Shown: one piece after another, positions 20,144 to 29,549 of the stretch | Layout of the letters: every line of letters starts with the position of its first letter | How positions within the stretch are numbered: position 1 is the stretch's first letter | Source of the DNA: Thiogranum sp. | Lineage (GTDB): Bacteria; Pseudomonadota; Gammaproteobacteria; DSM-19610 | Assembly (NCBI GenBank): GCA_030148915.1 | Contig: JASBSN010000013.1 | Location: 8,378-72,377, forward strand | Length of the DNA: 64,000 nt | Direction: 5' to 3' | The notes under the pieces: generated by a model | Databases searched by the model: none | What the model saw: only the letters and a program-made list of their open reading frames with translations | Told to the model about the DNA's origin: nothing | Position numbers and translations under genes: made by a program

Positions 20144-21864
20144 TATTGTACTTTTCCTTTGAAAGTCGCGCAGGTTGCGGCTGTCCCGACCGCAACCAGT
20201 AGAGACTTCGCCCTGCTCACCCCGACATAGAGCAACTCCTCGCTACGAGTCAAATCGATCGTATCCAGGCCCCATAGAATCACAATGGGGGACTCTAGCC
20301 CTTTGAAGCGCTGAATTGTGTCGATCAGGACCGTGTTGTTACTGCGAATGCCTTCCTCAAGCCAGGTTGTGGGCTTGGGCAACGGGAGTCTCCGCAAGGT
20401 TGCGTAGTAGTCGGCCTTGCGCAGAGCATCCGCAATCAAAACCGTAATGTCGCCGGCGGCGACACCCTGACGCGCGACAAGGTCAACGATCCGGGCGTTG
20501 ATCTTGGAGGCTTGGGCGTCGCGACCGGGCGACGCGTCGAACTGGACGTCGTCACCTTCAATATCGGGAGGACTGACCGGCACGCCTTTGTAGTGCTTAT
20601 ATGCAGCCAAATGAATGGGTGCGGTATTCCGGCAGTTCGTTGTCAGCGTGAAGGGCTCGTCACGTATTGGGAAGGTGCCTGCACGTGCGTATATATTCTG
20701 GTTGTCATCGTAGAAGACGTACAGCGGGCTGCGCTCGTAGTCGGAAAGTAGAAGTTCCAGGGGAACCCAGAACTCCTCGCGAAAGTCTTGCCCCTCATCA
20801 CACACAATTGCGTCATATCGGTCTGGTAGGACCTCAAGCGAATAGGCGAAAGCATTCGGTAGTTGTACGTCATAGAGATCTTTGCCCGGGTAAGTCACTT
20901 TGGCTTCAGCGACGAGGTCCCTGCCTGATGCCTGATTCGCTCTTTCGACTTGGCGATAGCAAAGCTGATGGAAACCCATCACGTCCAGGTTGGTCATCCC
21001 TGAACACAAGCTCGACAGGTGATCCGCGAGTTGTCGGTTGTAACAAGTAAGAAGCGTCTTGAACCCTTCTGAGGCTAGGCGGCGTGCCTTTTCTAGCGCA
21101 AGGACGGTTTTCCCAGTACCTGCACCACCGCTCACGGCGACCCTCCGATGTGAGCGCAGGAAATCAAGGACGCGAAGCTGGTCCTTCGTGAGCACCAATC
21201 GGCGTTCCTCCTGGTCGGCAAGGCGCGATGATACCAGTGGTGCAACGACGAATGATTTCGCGAATACCTCGCGGATCACTTCGACGCCGCGACGACCGAT
21301 AGGAGTTAAACTTCCTGCGTTGTTGCCCCAGTAAGTAAAGGCGCCGTCGATCCATTCCTTTGGGGCCTGTAGAGTGCTTGCTGAACCGATCAGGGCAGCA
21401 GGCATGTCCGGGCGACTTAGTGCGTTTGCGTCGCCAACATCAGGGAAAAATACAGCGTGGCCACGAAGCACATTCCTAAGGGCAAGACTGCGCCACCTTG
21501 GATGCTCATTCAGTTTTGAGCGAATCGAATACTTGGCCTTAAGGGCCTGACTGATAGGATTGTTGATGGGATTTTTCTGCTGATGGCGGTCCACCGAAAA
21601 CCATTCGCCGGTGGTTGCATCAAAACCTACGCCACCGCCTTTGACCTCTATGCACAGGTAGCCGTGATCAGGATGGCAAACCAAGAAGTCCGTTTCTCCA
21701 TCCTTCGCCTGCTCCTCTTCTCGCCGCAATATCCAACCGACTTGGAAGAAAACGACGTACTCCTGCGGAAGCTTATCTCTCAACGCGCGGTAGACCTTCG
21801 CTTCTGCTTGTGATGGCAGGTCGTTGAGTTGCGCCTTTGAAAGGTCAGGAATCATTGTCGTCAT
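20143..21864 (-). CDS. NERD nuclease domain fused to SF1 (UvrD-like) helicase
   Basis: NERD E.DFLV...LCIEVKGG; Walker A GGAGTGKT; Walker B VCDEGQD; TNCRNT, TIQRFKGLE and LYVGVSRAK helicase motifs. Confidence 0.9.
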   Translation of the reverse strand: MTTMIPDLSKAQLNDLPSQAEAKVYRALRDKLPQEYVVFFQVGWILRREEEQAKDGETDFLVCHPDHGYLCIEVKGGGVGFDATTGEWFSVDRHQQKNPINNPISQALKAKYSIRSKLNEHPRWRSLALRNVLRGHAVFFPDVGDANALSRPDMPAALIGSASTLQAPKEWIDGAFTYWGNNAGSLTPIGRRGVEVIREVFAKSFVVAPLVSSRLADQEERRLVLTKDQLRVLDFLRSHRRVAVSGGAGTGKTVLALEKARRLASEGFKTLLTCYNRQLADHLSSLCSGMTNLDVMGFHQLCYRQVERANQASGRDLVAEAKVTYPGKDLYDVQLPNAFAYSLEVLPDRYDAIVCDEGQDFREEFWVPLELLLSDYERSPLYVFYDDNQNIYARAGTFPIRDEPFTLTTNCRNTAPIHLAAYKHYKGVPVSPPDIEGDDVQFDASPGRDAQASKINARIVDLVARQGVAAGDITVLIADALRKADYYATLRRLPLPKPTTWLEEGIRSNNTVLIDTIQRFKGLESPIVILWGLDTIDLTRSEELLYVGVSRAKSLLVAVGTAATCATFKGKVQ

Positions 21865-24800
21865 CGGCATCTTCCAGAACACGCATGCGGAGCAAGTTCA
21901 GGGTCACGTTAGGCGTCGCCTGAGACTTCCCATCAAATAAGATCGTCAATAGCTTCGTGTTTCCGCGAGTGACAACATCCCGGATTTCCCCGGAACCCAT
22001 GTCGTGATGGTGAATCCGAGCTCCTGGGGAAAATAGCGATGAAGGATCTGCTCGCTCGTCCGTCGCTGCATCGCGCCAGTTGCCGTCAAACATGAACGCA
22101 GTTACTTGTGTCGCAGGGCTCCGGATGGGATGTACACGTATGTGCTCAGGATCAGAAACAAACTCAACCACATATAGCCAATAGCGGTCACCGTAGTCCT
22201 GAGCGTTGCTGAATTGGAGCCTTGAAAGGCCTACCCCGGTTTGGTTCCACTCGCCGTTTACGCCTTTTACTTCGATGAATCGATCCTCGCCGGTTACCGG
22301 GTTACGGCTGATGATGTCGTATCCAGGATGCGTTTGGGCCATCTGCTCTGCGATACGGCCTCGCTCTTTTTCATAGGCGCATACGGCGTCACGGGCGATA
22401 ACCTCGACGGCCAAGTTGTGCTCCGACAGGTCTTCCTGTTCACCAGCACCCGAAGAGTTTTCTTGCTTCCGTCGAACATAGGAAAGGAGGCGTCGGTCCC
22501 ATTGTTCTTTGTGCTTCGGGCGTGCTCTTTTCGGGCGACGATCGACTTGCTCTTTGTCTTTGCGGTTATCGACACCGGTTGCGGAACCATTCCGTTCGGT
22601 AGCGTCCTGGCGTGAGCCTCCTGAACCAGCTCCATGCCCGGTTTTCTCTGACGGCTCTGTTCCCGGGCGCGACCCTGGCTCTTCGGTTTGTTGATTCGGC
22701 TCTTTGCCGCCTAGGCCGGCTTCATGCTCGCCAGAAATCGCAACTGGGGTAGGCGCTGCCTCACTTTCCTCGTCGCTAGTTGGCTCCGTTGTTCCACCCA
22801 TTTCATCAAGTTTAGGTGACGTTAGATCTTCCGGGCTCCCGGATTCGGCATCTAGATAGGGAATGCCGGCGTCACTTAATTCGAGATGCGCCTCTTCGAT
22901 AGTGATTACCATCAGAGGGCGAATACTCAGCGTCAGCTTCGAGATTTCACTGCCTGATTCCTCGGGCATCAGTTGGTGGAAGAGCGCGTTCAGTACGTGC
23001 GACCAACTCCGGTCGCTTACAGGGCGCGCAAGGATTAGCCGCCCATTCTCAATGTCGTAGAACGCGTGGGCGGAGGCGGGTGGAGCAAATGTCCGATCTC
23101 CTCCGACTTGGACAGAAGCTTGTATGCGGACAGTGTCGTAGCTGACCGCCTTCAACTCCGATAGGGCCTTTCGGATCTTCTTTCGGACAGCGGTGGGCTT
23201 GTCGTGGAGTAGTCGTGCGAGAATGCTGATTCTCTCCATCAGCTTCTCAGCGAGCTGAGTCTCGTCGGCTTGCGGGCCATCTACGAACTCAAGGGTAACC
23301 TGCGCGCTCACACTAAGCCGCCGGACTCCTATCTCTTCCACAAGCGGCCAGAGTTCTGGCGCAGGCTTGCACAAGGCCTGATCGAGTTCCCCGCCAAAGA
23401 ATCCAGCATGCCACTCGCTATCCTGGAGCAAGACCTCATCGGGATGAGTCAACTGTCCCTGTAAATTCAGGATGGATGGCGCCTCCTGTAGACGTTTTAG
23501 GTCAGATGGGGTCAGTTCCTCTTGCTCATAGGCGGAAGACACGCCCGCCAGGCAGACGTCATAGACGGCGCGGTCGGGGCCAGTCACTGGCTTGGACTGT
23601 TCGAAATACTCCCCGACAATGTCCAAGAGTATGTCAACATAGTCTCGCCCTTCCGGCGTGTTCTTCACCCCGATCGCGTCAAAGAGCGGCTTGAATGACT
23701 CATAATTTCCCGGAATGGTGTAGGCGTAGCGGCCGAGCTGTTGCGGCATCCAGTACAGCTGATTAGGCCGAACGAATGTTTTCTGGCTTTCGACGTAGAT
23801 GCACCGTGATCCAGCGAGCGTGGTAATGAGTGTGTCTGAACGTTGAGCGCGCTCGTTCAAAACCTGATACGTAGAGACGTGAGGTTGTTCGCCCGTTGTG
23901 ATGCAATGTTGCAGATGGTTTATGACCAGCTGAGTCTCTGGATTGACGGATATATCAAGTTCTTCCAGCAATTCAGTTTCCAGCCGCACCGTGTTCCGGA
24001 AATCGAGAATATTGGCCTGGGAACGGAAAGCATCCGCGCGGTAGGGCGCATAGAGAGAGTCTGCTGTATACCACTCTTCTGTGTCCCCGACAGCAGGGAA
24101 GCAGGCAGCGTGCCGAAGCGCTGCGATGGCATCCTGAAACGATCTCTTTTCCTTCCATGCTTCGTAGTTGTCGCACAGGGTGTAAAATGCCTCGCCGCTC
24201 GCGCGCTTCGCATCCTCGGTCGGCTGGTATTTCTCAGCGATGGACAGCATGCGATCGACAAGATGCCTGGCGATCGGCGAGCGTCTGATTCCAAGGCTAT
24301 CGATAAATGTGTGTACTGATCGCGAATTGGGGATGCGGCTAGCGTCCAGCCAAAGGTGAAGTGAGTCACCGAGCACCTTCACAAGGTCATCGGTTCGGCG
24401 ATAAGTATTGACCGGGCGGGACCAGCCTCCATCTTGCGTAGGCACGATAGGAAACGATCCCAGTAGCCGACGAACGTCATCATCGTTAACAAGCGCTGGG
24501 TGATTAGCGAGCTCGCTGATGAGCCTTGTGTACTTCGTCACATCCAGAGGTCCACCGTCGTCGAAAAACGTCGGCAGGACCGTCTGCACAAACGCATCAA
24601 TCGTCTGCGTCTGGATCCCCAGCTTTGTCGATAGGAAATCCCTGGCTGATTCGGTGAGAACAGATGTATCCAGCAGATCCACCTGACCAGTCGGGTCCGT
24701 AAAGTCCCCGGGCAGAAGCGCTTCAGTTGCCTTAACAAGGCCACGGCTTGATTGCCATATGGGCAGGTCGCGCAGCTGCTGATAAACCGTCTTCTCGACG

Positions 24801-26629
24801 GCGCTTTGGTGGTCCAGGTCAGCGAACAGTGAGTACAGGTCGCGCAGGTCCTTCGGATCGACGCCGATGACCTCTTCGATCGGTTCGGTAGTGCACATCG
24901 AACAGACGTGAGAAACCACCGCGTGAAGATCGAGCAGCTTAATCAGCCGAGTGATCTTCGGGAACCCTGCGAGAAGACGTGAGGCAATCGCGAGTCTGGG
25001 CAGCAATGCTGCAATACGATCCGCATCCAGCCCGGCGGGCGCGGCGTAGGACTGGTTGATGGTTACCGCGAACAGATCCTCGGTGACAAGAAACGGCAAT
25101 GCCAGCAGACGCTGAATTGCAGGATTGGCGCTAGGGGTTGGTGTCCCAGATTCTGGAAGGAGGCCGTTGATGATGCTCCACATGGGCCGATAGAAATGCT
25201 CCAGCTTCTCTTCGTCGACTTCTGTCGCCCCAGCCACTTGCTGCGCCATCGCTGATTGCAGCAACCCTACCAAACGATCTAGCGTTAGGTCTTGGCCTCC
25301 CAATTGGATCATTGAATTCCGGAATGGTCGCAGGTCTTCTGTGACGAGCCGGCCACCGACCTCTAGAAGCGCCTTTGCCTGGTGTTCATTCAATGGACTG
25401 CGGGGGAGGAACACGCCGTTCGGACACTGAAGGCTGTCGTCCTGTGCCAGGGCGATATGCGATTGTGTCGCCGTGGTCTGCAATCGCTCCCAGAAACGCT
25501 TGTAACAAGGAGGATGGCCCGTCGGTTTGGACGACAGGTCGTATGCTCGGCCGAGTATCTGCCACAACTGGACGTGGCCGAGCATTTTCCGCAAGCCTTC
25601 GGGGTCGCGAGCGAGTTCTGCCGCAGCTGCGTCGATGAGCATCTCGTTCCATGCCTGCTCGTGCTGGTGTCCAGCAAATATCACGGCCTTGCGATCGGAC
25701 TCGGGGAAAAAGTCGGCGTTGATGTGCAGTGGTAGTCCCGTCAACTGCTCTGTCGGCAGAAATGCGTAGAGCAATCCCTCAGTAAGCGGCTCGGGGTCGA
25801 TTCGCAGACCTATGCTGATCTTGGTGCTGCGATGAAGGGATTCCAGTCTGGGGTGTGTCGCATAGAGGCGGTTGGCGGCATCGGCGGCGTCAGCGCGAAG
25901 GATGTGCCAGTGCTCAACCTCGCCGCTTGGCCGGAAGCTGACGATGAGGTCGGAGCCTTCGCTTCGGTCGAGGTCGCAGGCCAGCAGGAGTTGGCCATTG
26001 CGCCGTACCTCAGCCGTTCGAACATGGCGGAGAAACAGCAGACTCTTGCGCAGAACGGTCTGAAAATCTCTGGCGAGCTGTTCGATATGGGCCGGGCTGA
26101 CATGGGAGATCCCAAGCGCCAGACGCGCCTCAGAGTTAGGGTCGTCCGCCCACGGAAGAAAGAAAGACGTACCGCTGGGCTCGTCAAAAGGTTCGATGAA
26201 CCATTGCCCCTGCTCGGGGTGAAGGGTCAGTTTGATGCCCGACGAGCGGATCTCGGGGTGGTCAGTAACTTGGTAGGTCGAGACGAAGCCAATGCCAAAG
26301 CGCCCGATGTTCTCACCACGTGAGAGTTTTCCGCCGCTGCCTACGTCTGCGATGCGATGGTAATCGCAACTGTAGTTGTTTGTGGCGATGAAGCCGCAAG
26401 GTCGTGAATGAAGATCACCGCAGTAGGTGAACAGGCCGCTGTTGCACACCAGAAGGCCGTGATCCGTGATGTCGAAAACTATCCGCTCGGCCACGGCGTC
26501 GTCCGCATTCTGGATGAGCTCGAGCGCCATCACGTCGTAACCCTGCAGCCCGGCCAGGTGGCTTCGGATGTTGCCGAGAAGGTTTGCGGTGTACGAGCCG
26601 CTTAGCCTGGTTGGGGCTGCCTGATCCAT
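21845..26629 (-). CDS. sacsin-like GHKL ATPase with C-terminal DUF3883 (NOV-C, PD-(D/E)XK) nuclease and a Tudor/SH3-like tail
   Basis: ELIQNADDA, GRFGIGFVS and LPLHINADF sacsin motifs; GYDIIS...RFIEVKG...LSRLQ DUF3883 motifs; AGGAG RBS before MDQAAP. Confidence 0.85.
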   Translation of the reverse strand: MDQAAPTRLSGSYTANLLGNIRSHLAGLQGYDVMALELIQNADDAVAERIVFDITDHGLLVCNSGLFTYCGDLHSRPCGFIATNNYSCDYHRIADVGSGGKLSRGENIGRFGIGFVSTYQVTDHPEIRSSGIKLTLHPEQGQWFIEPFDEPSGTSFFLPWADDPNSEARLALGISHVSPAHIEQLARDFQTVLRKSLLFLRHVRTAEVRRNGQLLLACDLDRSEGSDLIVSFRPSGEVEHWHILRADAADAANRLYATHPRLESLHRSTKISIGLRIDPEPLTEGLLYAFLPTEQLTGLPLHINADFFPESDRKAVIFAGHQHEQAWNEMLIDAAAAELARDPEGLRKMLGHVQLWQILGRAYDLSSKPTGHPPCYKRFWERLQTTATQSHIALAQDDSLQCPNGVFLPRSPLNEHQAKALLEVGGRLVTEDLRPFRNSMIQLGGQDLTLDRLVGLLQSAMAQQVAGATEVDEEKLEHFYRPMWSIINGLLPESGTPTPSANPAIQRLLALPFLVTEDLFAVTINQSYAAPAGLDADRIAALLPRLAIASRLLAGFPKITRLIKLLDLHAVVSHVCSMCTTEPIEEVIGVDPKDLRDLYSLFADLDHQSAVEKTVYQQLRDLPIWQSSRGLVKATEALLPGDFTDPTGQVDLLDTSVLTESARDFLSTKLGIQTQTIDAFVQTVLPTFFDDGGPLDVTKYTRLISELANHPALVNDDDVRRLLGSFPIVPTQDGGWSRPVNTYRRTDDLVKVLGDSLHLWLDASRIPNSRSVHTFIDSLGIRRSPIARHLVDRMLSIAEKYQPTEDAKRASGEAFYTLCDNYEAWKEKRSFQDAIAALRHAACFPAVGDTEEWYTADSLYAPYRADAFRSQANILDFRNTVRLETELLEELDISVNPETQLVINHLQHCITTGEQPHVSTYQVLNERAQRSDTLITTLAGSRCIYVESQKTFVRPNQLYWMPQQLGRYAYTIPGNYESFKPLFDAIGVKNTPEGRDYVDILLDIVGEYFEQSKPVTGPDRAVYDVCLAGVSSAYEQEELTPSDLKRLQEAPSILNLQGQLTHPDEVLLQDSEWHAGFFGGELDQALCKPAPELWPLVEEIGVRRLSVSAQVTLEFVDGPQADETQLAEKLMERISILARLLHDKPTAVRKKIRKALSELKAVSYDTVRIQASVQVGGDRTFAPPASAHAFYDIENGRLILARPVSDRSWSHVLNALFHQLMPEESGSEISKLTLSIRPLMVITIEEAHLELSDAGIPYLDAESGSPEDLTSPKLDEMGGTTEPTSDEESEAAPTPVAISGEHEAGLGGKEPNQQTEEPGSRPGTEPSEKTGHGAGSGGSRQDATERNGSATGVDNRKDKEQVDRRPKRARPKHKEQWDRRLLSYVRRKQENSSGAGEQEDLSEHNLAVEVIARDAVCAYEKERGRIAEQMAQTHPGYDIISRNPVTGEDRFIEVKGVNGEWNQTGVGLSRLQFSNAQDYGDRYWLYVVEFVSDPEHIRVHPIRSPATQVTAFMFDGNWRDAATDERADPSSLFSPGARIHHHDMGSGEIRDVVTRGNTKLLTILFDGKSQATPNVTLNLLRMRVLEDADDDNDS

Positions 26630-26717
26630 TCGTGCTCCTGGGCTTCTCAAAGACGGGCTTTATTGGTTGAAGTTGATTGCGTCCATCAGCGTCCCAATCG
26701 CTTCACATTGCTCGCAG

Positions 26718-27095
26718 TTAACGAGTCTGAACAGACTTGTTGTTCGGATGTTCGCTGTCGGAAAGCTCTTTTGCCGTCCCCAGTAATTGTTCAATGCTCT
26801 GGGGCGTCAGTCCGGCCTCTTTGATGTATCGAATCAGATTCATGGCTTCTGGATTCTCGTGGAGGTAATCAACGATCTCCGGGTCCGTGGATGAGGAAAG
26901 CCGGAAAAGGACATCGGGATCGGCGGCGAGTGTTTTTGCCAACGCCTTGATAATCTCGGGACTTGGCGGGCGTTCTTTGCCGCGCTCAATGCGGCTAAGG
27001 TAGGCCGGTGATATTCCGACCAAACCTGCAGTTTCGCGCAGGCCCAAGTCTTGGGCGGTACGCAAATCCCGAATAGTCTCGCCAAACGCCTTCAT
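26718..27095 (-). CDS. XRE-family helix-turn-helix regulator
   Basis: FGETIRDLR...LRETA..VGISPAYLSRIERG..PPS pattern. Confidence 0.9.
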   Translation of the reverse strand: MKAFGETIRDLRTAQDLGLRETAGLVGISPAYLSRIERGKERPPSPEIIKALAKTLAADPDVLFRLSSSTDPEIVDYLHENPEAMNLIRYIKEAGLTPQSIEQLLGTAKELSDSEHPNNKSVQTR

Positions 27096-27131
27096 GCTGA
27101 GAAATATATATCAGTGTTTAGTGTTATGCAA
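27096..27131 (-). promoter_or_regulatory. sigma70 promoter giving a (near-)leaderless XRE transcript
   Basis: TTGCAT-N17-TATATT-N7-ATG, with no SD. Confidence 0.55.
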
Positions 27132-27245
27132 CAGTTAATTTATCTGGTATAGTTTGGCAATGTATGGAAAAGTTACCCGTGTTGAGAACCCAAAGAACCC
27201 TATTGTATGTATAGGTTAATGGGTTGCTAGCTCCGGGAGAAAAGC

Positions 27246-27452
27246 ATGCAAAATGAAGAAATGCTGAAGATCAAGGACGTTGCTGCGTTGCTAAAGGTCG
27301 GTGAAAAGACCATCTATTCCATGGCGCAATCCGGCGAGCTACCGGCATTCAAGGTCCGCGGGCAGTGGCGATTTTCCCGGAAGGATATTGATGACTGGAT
27401 CGTGAAGCAGAAGAACACAACCCACGATCTAGATAGGAACCATAGCCAATGA
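27246..27452 (+). CDS. excisionase-like HTH protein (MAD1-like)
   Basis: MLKIKDVAALLKV...IY.MAQSGELPAFKVRGQWRF (HTH_17); first gene of the MADS-type operon. Confidence 0.85.
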   Translation: MQNEEMLKIKDVAALLKVGEKTIYSMAQSGELPAFKVRGQWRFSRKDIDDWIVKQKNTTHDLDRNHSQ

Positions 27453-27479
27453 ATTCAACCTTCTGTAGCGGAGTTTGAT

Positions 27480-29549
27480 ATGGGAAAGAATAAGAAACAG
27501 GCGGAGAACACAATCGCTGCAGGATATACGCTCGACTATGTCTCCGGAGAACCAATTAAGGAAACCAAGAAAGAGCTGGTACGCCAGCGGGTCGCTCGTG
27601 CCCTGATCCATGAGTACGGCTTTTCACCGGAAGACATGGAGCTGGATTTCTCAATCGGTGGGCGCAAGAAGGTGGACGTCGCCATTTTTCATCATGGCGA
27701 GGAGCACACGATTGAAAACATAAGTCGCGCTGCGATCTGCCGGCCTGAGCCCAATGTCGGTAAGAACGCCGTGCGTATACGGGACTTTGATCAGGCTGCG
27801 AAGGACCTGGATGAACTTGAGAGCATCATGCAAGAGGTCGAGGCCATTAAGTACGGGTTATGGACAAACGGGCTCGAGTTTTTTTTCCTCGAGAAGGAAA
27901 AAAAGCGTTTCGAAACCAAGTGCAACCCGATAGGTGATTGGCCGATGGCAGAAGAGTCTGTCGGCACCAAAGAGGTCTTTTCCGATGCGCACACCCGTGT
28001 CGCTGACAACGAGATGCTCAAAATTACCTTTCGCCGCTGCCATAACTTCATCCATGGCAATGAGGGCATGCCGAAGGATGCAGCTTTCTGGCAGTTCCTG
28101 TATCTCATCTTCTGCAAAATGCATGACGAGAATCTACGCGCTAAACAGCGCAAAGCCTGGAAGCGCCGCTTTTGGGCTGGCCCTAAGGAACAGTTCGATC
28201 CTAAGGGGCGTAAGGAGATACGTGGGCGGATTGAGGAGCTTTTTACCGAAGTCAAAAAACAATACAAGAATATCTTTCGCGGTAACGAGGAAATAACCCT
28301 GTCCGACCGGGCGCTAGCTTTTATTGTATCCGAGCTGGCCAAATACGATTTCACCCGCACTGATGTGGATGCCAAGGGCGTCGCCTATCAGGAACTGGTG
28401 GGCGTCAATCTACGTGGCGACCGAGGCCAATACTTTACACCACGGGGAGTGGTGAAGCTTGTCGTGGAAATGCTCGATCCCAAAGAGAATGAAACACTGC
28501 TGGACCCTGCATGTGGCACCGGCGGTTTCCTGGTTGCCACGCTTGCTCATATGTTGAAGAAATTCCGGGATGAGCAGGATACATCGCCTGGCGATGAGAC
28601 CAGTACCGAATTCCTGAATGTTCATGAACGCTTGAAAGAGTACGCGGCCGCTAACGTCTTCGGGGCCGACTTCGATCCGTTCTTGATCCGCGCCGCACAG
28701 ATGAACATGGTGCTGGCGGGTGATGGCCGTGGTCACATCTACAACATCAACTCGCTTGAATTCCCCCTGGGGCACTTGGCAGACCTGACAAATGCCAAAA
28801 AAGAAATTCCACTCGGCTCGGTCGATATCATCGCCACCAATCCTCCATTTGGTTCGGACATCCCGATTACCGACAAGCACATCCTAGAGCAGTATGAACT
28901 GGCCCATAACTGGGAATCGGACGGGGAAGGTGGTTTCCGCAACACTGGCGTTTCTAAAGGCAGCGTCGCACCCGAGATTCTCTTCATCGAGCGCTGTATC
29001 AAATGGTTGAAACCAGGCGCTGGACGCATGGGTATCGTCTTGCCTGATGGTGTTTTGGGGAACCCGGCAGCGGAGTACATCCGTTGGTGGATTATGCGCG
29101 AAACGCAGGTGCTTGCCTCCGTCGATCTGCCAGTGGAGGCTTTTATCGCCGAAGCCAATGTCAACATCCTCACCAGCCTGCTGTTTCTGCGTCGCAAGAG
29201 TGACCAAGAAAAACGCGCGGAGGTATTAGGCGGCATTGAGGAGTACCCAGTCTTCATGGCGGTGGCGGACAAGGTTGGTTTCGACCGTCGTGGCAACAAG
29301 CTATACAAGCGCACGCCCGATGGTGAAGAAATCGTCGAACCTCGTCAGCATGAAGAAAAGTTCAGAATTAAGGGCGAGTGGGTTAAGCGGGTTCTTACAC
29401 GTAAAGAGAAGGTTGAAGATAACGACTTGCCTGTCATCGCTGAAAAGTACCGAGAATTTCTTGCAGAACTTGATGGATTGACACCTGCCAAGAAGAAATC
29501 ACCGGGTAGGGCGAAAGGGTCGGCCAACAAGAAGGTGGCGGTGCGATGA
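27480..29549 (+). CDS. N6-adenine DNA methyltransferase with N-terminal HsdR_N-like domain (MAD2-like, copy 1)
   Basis: RGQYFTP, LDPACGTGGFL (motif I), NPPF (motif IV, 28839-28850) and GIVLPDGVL. Confidence 0.9.
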   Translation: MGKNKKQAENTIAAGYTLDYVSGEPIKETKKELVRQRVARALIHEYGFSPEDMELDFSIGGRKKVDVAIFHHGEEHTIENISRAAICRPEPNVGKNAVRIRDFDQAAKDLDELESIMQEVEAIKYGLWTNGLEFFFLEKEKKRFETKCNPIGDWPMAEESVGTKEVFSDAHTRVADNEMLKITFRRCHNFIHGNEGMPKDAAFWQFLYLIFCKMHDENLRAKQRKAWKRRFWAGPKEQFDPKGRKEIRGRIEELFTEVKKQYKNIFRGNEEITLSDRALAFIVSELAKYDFTRTDVDAKGVAYQELVGVNLRGDRGQYFTPRGVVKLVVEMLDPKENETLLDPACGTGGFLVATLAHMLKKFRDEQDTSPGDETSTEFLNVHERLKEYAAANVFGADFDPFLIRAAQMNMVLAGDGRGHIYNINSLEFPLGHLADLTNAKKEIPLGSVDIIATNPPFGSDIPITDKHILEQYELAHNWESDGEGGFRNTGVSKGSVAPEILFIERCIKWLKPGAGRMGIVLPDGVLGNPAAEYIRWWIMRETQVLASVDLPVEAFIAEANVNILTSLLFLRRKSDQEKRAEVLGGIEEYPVFMAVADKVGFDRRGNKLYKRTPDGEEIVEPRQHEEKFRIKGEWVKRVLTRKEKVEDNDLPVIAEKYREFLAELDGLTPAKKKSPGRAKGSANKKVAVR

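Noticed and set aside
27196-27225. CCTAT-N7-ATAGG palindrome upstream of the MAD1-like gene as an operator
   Set aside because: Only 5-bp arms in AT-rich DNA, which is expected by chance.
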